Part shown: positions 1 through 11,520 of the stretch, piece after piece
Position numbering within the stretch: the stretch's first letter is position 1
Layout of the letters: every line of letters starts with the position of its first letter
Assembly: GCA_963575745.1 (NCBI GenBank)
Contig: CAUYUJ010000226.1
Coordinates: forward strand, 496,001-560,000
Origin: Prorocentrum cordatum
Taxonomy: Eukaryota
Direction of reading: 5' to 3'
DNA length: 64,000 bases
Program-made: the position numbers and the translations under genes
The notes under the pieces: generated by a model
The model's database searches: none
Told to the model about the DNA's origin: nothing
Seen by the model: the letters and a program-made list of their open reading frames with translations, nothing else

Positions 1-1080
1 AGGCCATCTTGGGCGTGTTGGAGGCCTCTTGGGCCCTCTTGGGGCCCTCTAGGGGCCATCTTGGAGGCCACTTGGGCCATCAGGGGGCTCTCTTGGGGGC
101 CTCTTGGGCGATCTTGGGGGCTTCTTGGGCCGTCTTGAGCCGTCGGAGAGCCGAAAAGGCGCAAATGCCAAAATCCTTCAAAAACCAAGGGAAAATCAAT
201 GATTTTGGCCTCTTCGGACTCTCCTGGAGGACCTCTTGGAGGCCTCTTGGGCCGTCTGGGAGGCCTCTGGGGGGCCTCTTGGGCCGTCTTGGGCCGTCTT
301 GGACTCTCTTGGGCCGTTTTGGAGGCCGTCTTGGACCATCTCGGGCGGACTTGGAGGCCATCTTGGGCCATCTTCGCGATTTTTTGAGGATGTCCCGAGC
401 GAAACGGCCGTTTTTGGGCATTGACAGACGGATTTTGGGAAATTCGCGGGTGGCCGGCGGGACGGGCCGAAGCCCATTGGGAGAGTTCTTTTAAAAAGAA
501 CCAAAACCAAAACCTGAATCATCCAGCACGCCGTGCACCCCTGCAAGCAGGGGGCGGCGACTGGTGGCCTTCGGCCCATCCCGCCACCGTGTCTGGGTTG
601 TGGGTCTGAGGCCTCTTGTAGACGTGTTGGCGGTGTCGCAGGGAGCCTCTCGGGGGCCTCTTGCAGGTGGTTTCGGCGCCTCTCGGGTGCCTCTTAAGGC
701 CTCGTGGGGTATCTTTTGGGCTTCTCGGAGGCCTCTCTGGCGCGTCTTAGACACCTCTTGGGGCCTCTTGGGGCCTCCTGGGGGCTCCTTGGGGCTTCTC
801 GGAGCGCTTCTTGGGCCATCTTGGAGCCGTCTCGGGCCGTATTGGGGCCCTCTTGGAGGCGTCTTGGGCTGTCTTTGGACGATCTTGGGAGCTTCTTGAG
901 CCATCTAAGAGCGTTGGAAAGCAGAAAATGCGAGAATCCCAAACTCCTTCAGAAACATTTTGTATATATCGACGATATTGGCTTCTTGGGGCTCTCTCGC
1001 GGGGCCTCTTGTAGCGCTCTTGGAGCCTCTTGGGGCCCTCTTGGGCCGTCTTGGAACCATCTTCGGGCGCCTTGGAGCAC
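1..1080 (+). repeat. Degenerate 10-11-bp satellite (GGGCCTCTTGG/GGCCGTCTTGG/GGCCATCTTGG) in two blocks (1-~400, ~640-1080), separated by a unique core containing hairpin CCCCTGC-AA-GCAGGGG (~538-553)
   Basis: TCTTGG recurs about every 10-11 nt; related blocks at 3790-4420, ~50870-50990 and ~54830-55030; 563-620 resembles ~50792-50840. Confidence 0.85.
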
Positions 1081-1109
1081 TCATGGCCACTGCAATACGA
1101 ATGTGGCGT

Positions 1110-1500
1110 AGTTTGTGAGGGTTATGGCCATGAGGACGCGGCTATTGCATGCTTTGCGGGGTTTGTTGCCTCTTGGACGCAAGAATTGAGCATTTGACAA
1201 AGGTTTGTGGCCTTGGGCACGCGAAGCTTGATTGATTTACAGAGGATTCTGGCTTCGGGGACGCGACTGTTTAGCAATTTGCAGGGGGTTGTGGCCTCGG
1301 GGACGCGACCACTGAGCAATTTACAGGGGATTCTGGCTTCGGGGACGCGACTGGGGTGATTTACAAGGGTTTGCTGTTTCAGGGAGGCGTATATTTTGAA
1401 ATTTATAAGGGTTTCTTATTTCGGGGGCGCAAGAATTGTAGAATCTGCCAGGGAGAATGACCTCGGGGACGCGAACTGCATCGGGGGCGCAAGAATTTAC
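1110..1500 (+). repeat. Degenerate ~41-42-bp tandem array (core GTGGCCTCGGGGACGCGACT...ATTTACAGGGG)
   Basis: GGACGCG/GGGCGCA core recurs at ~42-nt spacing about 9 times. Confidence 0.8.
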
Positions 1501-1533
1501 TAGTTCTTCACGCTTCGCGTATCCCCTGCAGCC

Positions 1534-2037
1534 ATGTACAAGGCCTGGTTGGGCTTCGTGGACTTGGAGCGCCGCGGAGAGACGCCCGCCAAGCGCATCA
1601 CCAGACACCAAGTGGACTTGGGTGGAGTATTATGTGCCCTTTGGTCGGCCTACACAAAAGGCATCTGGATCCCTGGGTCCAAGGATCCCAAGTCAGACAC
1701 GAAGCTGCACACGGACGCAAACATCAACAAGTTCTTGGGTGACTGGAAGCACTGTGGATACGATGCCTACGCGATGGCCAAGAAGTAAAACTTCCGCATC
1801 GACTGGGCAACGGTGCGGGCCGAATACATGCGCCACACCAGGACCGACGGCACGGGCAAGGGCAACCACCAACAGAACAGCTGGTACGACCGGGCAAGGA
1901 GCTCCTGGGACGCCTGGGACAACTGGCAGAGTGGCTGGAGCTCTGGCTGGCACGACGACCAGTGGCAGTCAGGAGGCAAGCGTGGTGGCGGCAGGCCAGA
2001 TGATCGCGGCGAGAAGAGGCAACGGTGGGGCGACTGA
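1534..2037 (+). pseudogene. Intronless coding relic of unknown function (MYKAWLGFVDLE...AMAKK*NFRIDWATVRAEYM...) with a W/G/D/S-rich C-terminal tail and one in-frame TAA at 1786-1788
   Basis: ORFs 1534-1788 and 1813-2037 are in the same frame, strongly GC3-biased, and read through a single stop. Confidence 0.5.
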
Positions 2038-2121
2038 GCCCCCCCCCCCATCCTCAAGAGTTTCAGGTGCAGCGTCCGATTTCCACACTCTGTGCAGCCT
2101 CCAGCTGCCTCCTTGGGTCAC

Positions 2122-2728
2122 GTTTCATATACTCGCGTGGCGGCCTTCCGCCGCCCTCCCTGGTACACGCACATCCTGCCTTTGGACCCAAGTGTGTTTA
2201 CCAGCAGTGCCGTCTGCATGGCAGCACGGGGGCGTGTCGCGTGCAGGCCATAGTTGGCCCCTGGCCCCGCTGTAGTTGTTTTCACCTCTGGCCCTGTCGG
2301 ACTTCGTCCTCCGGCTTCGCGGCTTTGTGACCAACGCAGATGGCGTCGCCTCGTCTCAGTCCAGCACCGCGCTCACAAAGCTCCCTGGGTTTCTCTAAGG
2401 TACAGCGGCCTTCAGCTGCTCTTCAAGTTTCATATACTCGTGTGGCGGCCTTCCGCCGCCCTCCCTGGCACACGCACTTCCTGCCTTTGGACCCAAGTGT
2501 GCTTACCAGCAATACCGTCTGCATGACAGCGCTTGGGCGTGTTGCGTGCAGGCCATAGTTGGCCTCTGGCCCCGCTGTAGTTGTTTTCACCTCTGGCCCT
2601 GTCAGACTTCGTCCCCCGGCCTCGCGGCTCTGTGACCGACGCAAAGATGGCTTCGCCTCGTCACTGTCCAGAACCGCACTCGCGCTCCCTGGGTTTCTCT
2701 AAGGTACAGCGGCCTTCAGCTGCTCTTC
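2122..2728. repeat. Tandem duplication of a ~305-bp unit directly downstream of the 1534-2037 relic
   Basis: GTTTCATATACTCG(C/T)GTGGCGGCCTTCCGCC...CAGCTGCTCTTC starts at 2122 and again at 2427 with high similarity. Confidence 0.9.
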
Positions 2729-3789
2729 TCTGCACCCCCCTGGGAGCGACCGTGGGCGGGTGGCTTCCCGACAGCGGGTTTTCAACGATGACCAGACGGT
2801 GCGCTTCCGGGCCGTTGAGGTAATTACCCTTCCGACACGATGACTGGGGATGCCCGCCCGAAGGACATTGCCGCGCCCGGACGCAGGGACGCAGTTGCGC
2901 ACCCACCTGCGCGCACCGGCCACAGTGTGGCAGCGGGTGGTCAGAAGACTGAGCCCACACCTGTGCCTAGTGCGTGCGCCTGCTTCCTTTGCTGGCCGCC
3001 AGTTGCGGTTGCCCGGACTGGCATCATCCCATCGTCGCTCCCCCGCTCCTTACGGGATGCCAACCTCTCCTTACGGGATGCCGTCTGGCGACAGCTTGCG
3101 TGTCTCTCGGTCGATGCTTGTGCATGGCTGGCACCCTGGGACCCCTTGTGCGCCATTCCCGCGCCGAGGTTGGAGACTCCCTACTGTTCAGATGGTGTCT
3201 CAGGGCGTACTGCTTACTATGGCCTCGGACACGTTGGGGGTACTGCATCGCGCCACTTTGGCAGAGTAATTACTGTTCCCTGGGTGGTGGTCCCGCCGTC
3301 AGACTCCCTGGGCTGCAGCACCCTTGCACCCGCCGCCCGGCGCCGGCCGCGGCCCGCGCGCGCGTCCGGCCAATTAGTTTCGGCCGCAGCCCGACCGTTA
3401 CTCGCCGCCGCTGGCGCTTCCGCCCGCGGCTGTAAAACAACCTATCCCTTGCAGCCCATTCAGAAGCCCTGCCCATGAGAGTTGTCGGGAAAAGGGGCGA
3501 AGAGACACATCTAGGGAAACAAAGCGAGCAACCAGGGTGAACCGAGAGATCTCTGGGAGCAAGGGGGTGGTTTTGGAAGATCTCTTCCGGCCATCCATTG
3601 GGGCTGCGTGGGGGCGAGGGGAAGGGGAGGAGGAGGAACAGAAGGAAGCTGTGGACGAGGAGGAATAGGAGGACGAGGGCGCGGATGAGGACGAGGACTA
3701 GGAGGACGAGGACTAGGATGAAGACGACGCGGACGAGGACTCATAGAACCATCTAGAGGTATTTTTGCAGCTGCTGCTGCTGCTGCTGG

Positions 3790-4590
3790 TGCTCTCGGGG
3801 AGTTGTGGGGCCCCTCTTGGAACCCTCTTGGGATCATCTTGGAGGCCATTGATTACAGGATGGTGGGTCCCCAACTCAGCTCCCCCTCTCAGGAGCCCGC
3901 GAACCGCTTCTTGGGGTTTTCTCGGAGCGCTCTTGGAGCGGTCTTGGGGCCGTTTGGAGCATCTTGGGAGCCATCTTGAGCCAGCTTGTGCTATCTGAGC
4001 CATCTTGGAGAGGTCATCTTGAGCTCTCTGAGGCCACTCGGGGGCCTCTTGGGGCCCTCTTGGGACCCTCTTGGGGCCCAAGAGGAGCTGTCTTGGGGCT
4101 CTTGGGAGCCCTGGAGCGCCTCTTGGGGCCGTCTTGGGGACCATCGATCAAAGGAGGGGGTCTCCTCGATTTGCCCCCCCCTCCGGGGCCACCAAAATCG
4201 CCTCTTGGGGCGCTCTTGAGGCGATCCTGGGCGCTCTTGGGGCCGTCTTGGGGGCCTCTTGGACCCCTCTTGGAGCTTTCTTGGGCCAACCTGGAACCGT
4301 CTTGTGGCCCTCCTGGGGCGTCTTGGAGGCATGTCGGAAGCTGTCTTGAGCCATATTTGAGTTATTTTGAGTGGTCTTGGAGGCCATCTTGGGCTCTCTG
4401 AGGCCCTCTTGGAGCCATCTTGTGCGAAACAGGGCCCTCTGACACATCGCGGGGCGCCCCGTCCAGGTGCAGGGGAGGGGGTTAGGGGGATGGGCACACC
4501 CCTCCCCGAAGGGGAAGAGGGGGTTTTGGAAGAGGAGCGGAAAAAACTCGTTAGACCACCTGTGGCCCAGAGGGCTGGTGGGATCTGCAA
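3790..4590 (+). repeat. Second block of the 10-11-bp GGGCCTCTTGG satellite, ending in a GC-rich segment with terminal hairpin-like ACCACC-TGTGGCCCAGAGGGC-TGGTGG
   Basis: Same periodic motif as 1-1080. Confidence 0.8.
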
Positions 4591-4594
4591 GTGT

Positions 4595-5062
4595 CATTGA
4601 TTCGGGGACGCGACTATTGCAGAACTTACGTGGGACCGTGGCCTCGGGGGCGCAATTGTGGCATAATGTACGCGGGCTCGTGGCTCTGGAGGCGCGAACG
4701 TAGTGCAATTTGCGGGGGGGCGTGGCCTCGGGTGCGCGAGTATGGCGTATTTTCCTAGGGGTCGTGGTTGTGTGGACGCGAATGTGGTGCAATGTGCGAG
4801 GGATCGTAGCCTCGTGGCTCTGGAGGCACGAATGTAGTGTAATTTACCAGGGATCGTGGCCTCGGGTGCGCGAGCATGGCGTATGTTCCTAGGGATCGTG
4901 GCTGTGTGGACGCGACTGTGGTGCATTTTGCGAAGGGGTCGTGGCCTCGGGGACGCGAACACAGGGTACTTTACGAGGGATTCTCGCGTCGGGAGCGCGA
5001 ATCTCGTGCAGTGTTACGTGTCCCACAGCCCCGCAGGAGTTCAGACAACGCGACTCGGGGAC
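4595..5062 (+). repeat. Second ~42-bp degenerate tandem array (GGGATCGTGGCCTCGGGTGCGCGA...)
   Basis: About 10 units related to 1110-1500; again follows a satellite block. Confidence 0.8.
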
Positions 5063-5269
5063 GGTAACCGGGTTCTTTTCGGCTCCCCCCCTCGAACGGA
5101 CTTCAACAAGTACAGGATGAAGCAGAAAGCGGGACTGTAATATTGGATATTGAAAATTGCAATTGGTGCAGGGAGCAGCACATTTACCCTTCGCAGTTTG
5201 ATGGCTCCACAAGGGGGTCTGCGGGTTTATATATCCATATGTATATATAAACATACGTGTGTGCACACC

Positions 5270-5411
5270 TAGATATGTCTGCCTGCTTGCCTGCCTGTTT
5301 GTCTGCCTGCATGTATGTATGTATGTATGTATGTATGTATGTATGTGTGTATGTGTGTATATATGTATGTATGTATGTATGAGTGTATATATGTATGTAT
5401 GTATGTCTGGC

Positions 5412-5442
<31 letters not shown>

Positions 5443-5797
5443 ATGTATGTCTGTATGTATGTCTGTATGTATGTATGTATGTATGTATGTATGTATGTAT
5501 GTATGTATGTATGCATGTGTGTGTATGTATGTTTGTTTGTTTGTTTGTTTGTATGTATGTATGTATGCATGTATGTATGTATGTATGTATGTATGTGTGT
5601 ATGGTTGTATGTATGCATGCATGTATGTATGTATGCATGCATGTATGCATGCATGTATGCATGCATGCATGCATGCATGTATGTAGGTAGGTAGGTAGGT
5701 AGGTAGGTAGGTAGGTAGGTGTATGTCTGTAGGTGTATGTATGTATGTATGTATGTATGTATGTATGTATGTATGTATGTATGTATGTATGTATGTA
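5270..5797. repeat. Compound tetranucleotide microsatellite (TATG)n/(TCTG)n/(TTTG)n/(CATG)n/(TAGG)n
   Basis: Directly visible. Confidence 0.95.
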
Positions 5798-6229
5798 TAA
5801 GTAACGCCTGCAATCGTAGGAACAACCCGACCGCAGCGCAGCTCGGGGCGGATCGATCTGTACTGGCCCCGAGGCCCGAAGCGCTGCAAAAAGTCGCCTA
5901 TGAAGACCGAAGCGCAACGCCAGGATCTCATCGGACGGGGCCAGGGCGACGATGCGTCCGTTGCGCAGCCTTCTGGGACGCTCTGAGAAGGCCGCGGCAC
6001 CCGAGACATTTTCCAGAGCCGCTGGATGCCAGAGATCATCGATTCATCATCACCCGATTTTCTCCTTGTCCAGGCGTCTTCTCAATGGCCCTCCCCGTTT
6101 CCATCGGCGGCGAGCCAGGGAAGGAAGTGACGAGTGGCGGGCGCTCTCGGAAGGCTCGGAAGGCCCCCGGGCCTTCTGAGAAGTTGTTGTAGACTTCCCC
6201 GCAGGCACAGCCGCGGGGGAGGAGGAGAC

Positions 6230-7590
6230 TGTTGAGGAGGAGGAGGAGGAGGAGGGGGAGGGGGAGGAGGAGAAAAGAGGAGGAAGAAGAGGAAGAGGAG
6301 GAGGAGGAGGAGGAGGAGGAGGAGGAGGAGGAGGAGCCAGGGGGCTTCTGAGAAGTCCCCCGCTTCTGAGAAGACCTTCTCCTTCTCACTCCCCCCCCCC
6401 TGGGAGCGCCGCCCATTCCAGGCAGCGGGTGGAGGGTTTCTTCGACGGCTAGGCTACCCTCCTCCTCCTCCTCCCCCTCCTCCTCCTCCTCCTCCCTCCT
6501 CCTCCCCCTCCCCCCCTCCCTCCTCCATTCTCTCCTCCCCCTCCCCTTCCCCCTCCTCCACCTCCTCCTCCTCCTTCCCCTCCTCCTCCTCGGGTCGCCT
6601 ACGGCCCCAGGGGAAAACGTGCAGCAGCGGGGGCGGCGTCGGCAGCAGCAGCAGCAGGAGCGGGGGCCGCCGGGAGGACATTCTGTCCGAGACCCGCGGC
6701 CTGCAGCGGCAGAGGCGGCATCCCGCCGCCGTCGTCAACGTCGCTGTCGCTGCCTCCGCCGCCCTCGCCGTCTGCAGCGCCGCCGCCGTCGTCGACATCA
6801 TCGTCCGCGTCGTCCTGGTTTGCGTCCTCGTCCTCCTCGTCCTCCTCATACTCCACGTCCTCCTCGTCCTCGTCGTTCTCGCCGTCCTCGTCGTCCTTGT
6901 CGTCGTCGACGTCGTCGTCCTCCTCTTCCTCCTCCTCATCCTCGTCCTCGTCGTCCTCGTCGTCCTCGTCCTCGTCGTCGTCGTCGTCGTCCTCGTCGTC
7001 CTCGTCGTCCTCGTCCTCGTCGTCGTCGTCGTCGTCGCTCGCCGCCCGCCCCTCTTGGGGAGCAGGGCGGCGCCGAGGGCCGGGGGCCGGGGGGCGGAGG
7101 GCGTGGAGGGCCGGAGCGAGGTGGGAGGGCGGTCGCCGCCGAGCGCTGGGCCTGCGGGGAGGGCGCCGCTCCCGCGTCGGCGGGCCGTGCGGGGGGAGGC
7201 TGGTCGGGGAACCGGAGAGGGGGAGCCCGGTCGGGGGGGGGGGGAAGGTATCCATACTGCTGCCCTCGCCTCGATTCCGATGTCGCCTCTCTGGGTCTCT
7301 CCGGGAGGCCGCCGTCGCCACCGCTGGATTCGCCTCGAGGTCCTGGCCAGAAGGCGCCCTGGGAGAGAGGTCCGGGGAATAGCGGTGTCGGTACCTGTTG
7401 GTATCCCCGGGGTGGCCAGTCGGAGGGGGAGGCGGAGAGAGGAGGAGGAGGAGGAGGAGGAGGAGGAGGAGAAGGAGGAGGAGGAGGAGGAGGAGGAGGA
7501 GGAGGAGGAGGAGGAGGAGGAGGAGGAGGAGAGGTGGAGAAAGGAGGAGGAGGAGGTGGAGGTGGAGAAAGGAGGAGGAGGAAGAGGAGG
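6230..7590. repeat. Cluster of (GGA)n, (CCT)n and (TCG/TCC)n microsatellites
   Basis: Directly visible; explains the poly-E/R/G/P/S/D ORFs. Confidence 0.9.
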
Positions 7591-8620
7591 ACGAGAGGTG
7601 TTGCCCGGCGAGCGATTGGGGCGCGTCCCAGACGCGGCACCCGCAGGATTCGCGACATGTTTGCCGCTGGCCACCTGCGCGGAGCCCGCGATGCTGCAAC
7701 GAGCCTATTGGGGGGTGTCCGCCCGTGTGGCGGCCCTACGCCAACGCCAGCACCTGGAGTCCCAGCTCACAGCGTGCAAAGCAAAACTATCTCTAGGGCC
7801 CCTCTGCAGCGCGGCGCTGGTCACGGCGCCGAGCAGCATGCGAGGCCGCCTTGAGAAACCCTGCCAAGCTGTACCAATACCGTCATCCAGGTCCCTATCA
7901 GTCAAGACATCCAGGACGTAACTACCAGTGCCGCACCTGTCCTGGAGGGTGCAACGAGGAGCAACACGTACAACGAGAATGTGTGCGTGTGCGGTAGCAC
8001 CGTCTTCTTCGACACCAGGAAGGTCGACGTCTCAAGCGACCCGCCGTGTTGCATACTGCCGCCGCTGCTGTCCGGGTGCCACTCACTGTGCGTGCGACCA
8101 AGCCCCTCTCGGCCCTGCAGGGTGGTTGTTCTTCGCGTTGCGTGCCACACGTTGATGGCGATCATCGCGGGTTGCTGGCGGGGCCTGGGCCTTGGCTGGG
8201 GTTCGGCTCGGGTGGCCTCCAGTCCCGCGTCGGACAGGGCGCCGAGCCCAGGGAGGACCACGAAGAGAGCACCGAGTAGCCACGAGGAGCACCACGAGGA
8301 GGTAACAGAGGATCGCAGGCGGAGGAGGAGGTGGAGGAGGAGGAGGAGGAGGAGGAGGAGGAGGAGGTAACAGAGGAGGAGGAGGTGGAGGAGGAGGAGA
8401 AGAGAGCACCCGAGTAGCCACGAGGAGCACCCCGAGTGGCCGCATGCCCCGCGAGGGAGCCCGCGGAGGGCGTGCCCGGGGAGGCGGCCCTCGGGGGACG
8501 GAGGCCGAGGCAGCTGCCCGGGGCCATCGAGTGGCCGAGGCCCAGGAGGAGGAGACGGATGCCAACGCCAACAGGCCCGACGGACTCCAGGCCCACAGGC
8601 GCAGGCCACCTCCGTCGGAG

Positions 8621-8776
8621 GGCACCAACTATACACCAACACCGATCCTGCCCCAGGATCACCCTGGGCCCAGGATCGGTGTATATGCCTTCTTGCGCAA
8701 GGCAGGAGGGCGTATACACCGATCCTGGGCCCAGGGTGATCCTGGCCAGGGTCGGTGTTGGTGTATAGTTGGTGCC
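8621..8776. mobile_element. Near-perfect fold-back element (~70-bp arms), MITE-like
   Basis: GGCACCAACTATACACCAACACCGATCCTG... is the reverse complement of ...CAGGGTCGGTGTTGGTGTATAGTTGGTGCC with few mismatches. Confidence 0.75.
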
Positions 8777-9402
8777 TTCCTCAACGGCCACGTCATCCAC
8801 TGGCTGTGAGGAAGAGGCGACAAGTGCGGCGGCATGGGATATGGTCTTCTTCGAGGTCCTCTTCAAGGGCATATACGCCGAGGTCTTCTTCAGGGTCTTC
8901 TTCAAGGGCATATACCGCCGACGTGGCCCCACGCAAGGTCCTCTTCGAGGGCATATACCGCCGACATGGCGGCTCCCAGAGCCAGCCACGCTTTTACGCC
9001 GGCGGTTAGCCGCCGTGGACGACGACCGCGCTTCCCTTCCTGGGGCCCTCCCGAGGAGGCAGCGCGCGCATCGCAGCATCGCCTTTGCAGCACCCGTCTT
9101 CGCGCCCCAACGATGGGCGCAGCATCCCCTTCCTTCCTCCCGTCCCCATTCATACCACCTTTCCCTCGCGTTCCGCTATCCCCGAGGCCTGGGGCACCGA
9201 CGCCGAGGCCCGCCCGCTGACACTCCGCTTCGACCCACCGCTGACGCGTCGCAGAGCTGGCGCATGTCAGCACGAGCGTCGCCGCTGATGGCTCTAGACT
9301 CGCCCTGCCTTCGGTGCTACCACCGGGCAGGCCGATCCCCCCCCCTCCCTCCTGCGAGTTTCACTCCTGCCCCTCCCACTCTCGCCCACCCGCGCCGCTC
9401 AG

Positions 9403-9465
9403 GCCGCGCAGACCGAAGGGGCCGTTGCTGAACCGGAGAACAATCTACGAAGAGCGCCGATGCGG
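9403..9465 (+). CDS. Candidate micro-exon of host gene (PRRPKGPLLNRRTIYEERRC-G), GA donor
   Basis: CTCAG|G acceptor; G|GA donor; phase-2 end matches the next exon. Confidence 0.4.
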
Positions 9466-9689
9466 GACGGGGCTCGGGATGATCCGCCGAGCCCCAGGGC
9501 CCTGGGAGGGCCCAGGCCGCGCAGGGCCGCGTGCCTGAAGTTCGTCCCGCCGCGTGCTCCCAGCGCGGCGTGGAGTTGGCGGGTGGTCTATCAGAGGATG
9601 AGGCAGGGAGTGCACCAAGACCATCGGCGAGGGCACGTTGTCCTGCGCACCTCGTTCCGTCAGCTGGTTTCCTTCCTTGTCCCTCATAA

Positions 9690-10570
9690 GAATAAAGAAT
9701 AAGGGTAATAATAGGAATAAGAAAAAGAAAAAACATAAAAAAAATAAGAATAATAATAATACTTATAATTCGAATAATAATAATAATAATAATTCTAATA
9801 ATAATAATACTAATAATAATAATTCTAATACTAATAATAATAACATTTTATTTTGCGGTTACTCCTGCCAGTGGCCCCATCGGGGCAGCAGGCAGACTAG
9901 TTTGATCACCCCGCCCAGGGCCGACCGGCCTCGGTGGGGTGATGGCAGAGTTCATGCCGCCAGGAACCAGGCACCAACAGGACGAGGAACACGAGAAGGA
10001 GGAGGAGGGGGAGGAGGAGGAGGAGGAGGAGGAGGAGGAGGAGGAGGGAGGAGGAGGAGGAGGAGGAGGAGGGGGAGGAGAGGAGGGGGGGAGGAGGAGG
10101 AGGAGGAGGAGGAGGAGGAGGAGGAGGAGGGAGGAGGAGGAGGAGGAGGAGGAGGAGGAGGAGGAGCAGGAGGAGGAGGAAAGGCAGGAGGAGGAGGAAG
10201 AGGAGGAGGATGATGAGGAGGAGGAGGAGGTGGAGGAGTGTGTGTCGAGGAGAGCAGGAGGCGGAGGAGGAGGAGGAGGAGAAGGAGGAGGAGGAGGAGC
10301 AGATGAGGAGGAGCGGTGGAGGAGGAGGGAGGAGGAGGAAGAGGGTGAGGAGAGGGAGGAGAGGAGGAGAGGGAGGAGGAGGAGGCTGAGGAGGAGGAGG
10401 AGGCGGAGGAGGAAGAGTAAGAGCAGGCAAAATATGAAGAATACTGAGATGAAGAAGAGGAGGAGGAGGAGGAGGATAAGGAGGAACAAGAGGAGAAGAG
10501 GAGGGGAGGAGGAGGAGGAGGAGGTGGAGGAGGAGGAGGAGGGGGAGGAAGAGGAGGAGGAGGAGGAGAA

Positions 10571-10603
<33 letters not shown>

Positions 10604-11264
10604 GGGGGAGGAAGAGGAGGGATAGTAGGAGGAGGAGGTGGACTGGAGGAGGAGGATTAGGAGGAGGAGGAGGAGGAGGGGATGATGGTGATGGTGGTGA
10701 TGATGATGCTGCTGATGATGATGATGATGATGATGTTGAATATTATGATGTTGCTGCTGATGATGCTGATGGTGGTGATAGTTATGGTTTTGCTGCTGGT
10801 GGTGTTGGTGATGCTGATGATGGTTACGATGCTGATGGCGAGTAGGATGAAGATGATGATGAAGCTGAAACTGATGATGTTGATGATGGTTATGACGATG
10901 CGGATGCCGATGATGGTGATGATGGTAGATGTGCTGATGATGTTGATGATGTTGTTGATGATGTTGATGATGATGCTGCTGCTGATGATGATGCTGCTGA
11001 TGCTGATGTGGATGTTGTTTCTGATGCTGAAGCTGATGTCGACGATGATGCTGATGCTGATACTGATGGTGCTGATGGTGATGATGATGATGCTGCTGAG
11101 GATGATGCTGATGCTGCTGGTGATGCTGTTGATGTTGTTGATGATGCTGACGCTGCTTATGATGATGATGCTGATGACGATTATGACGATGATGATGCTG
11201 CTGATGCTGCTGCTGCTGCTGATGATGATGATGGTGATGACGATGCTGATGCTGATGATGTTGC

Positions 11265-11305
<41 letters not shown>

Positions 11306-11520
11306 ATGACGATGATGATGATGATGATGATGATGATGCTGATGCTGATGCTGATACTGATACTGATGCTGATGATGAGTTTGATGATGGTGATGGTCAT
11401 GGTGATAGTGATGATGATGATGAGGAGGAGGAGCAGGAAGAGGAGTTGGAGGTGGAGTTGCAGCAGGAGGAGGGGGAGGAGGAGGAGGAGTTGGAGGTGG
11501 AGGAGCAGCAGGAGGAAGAG
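9690..11520. repeat. (AAT)n, long (GGA)n and in-phase (GAT/GCT/GGT)n trinucleotide arrays
   Basis: Directly visible. Confidence 0.95.

Noticed and set aside
1110..1500. CRISPR-like appearance of the 42-bp arrays (also 4595-5062, 61270-61630)
   Set aside because: Repeats are degenerate, the spacers are homologous to each other, there are no cas genes, and the context is eukaryotic
5066..7370. Additional upstream exon candidates (5066-5140 ...FNKYRMKQKAGL*, ~5874-5923, ~6074-6118, ~7340-7370)
   Set aside because: Splice-like boundaries exist but several frames fit; cannot be assigned without transcripts
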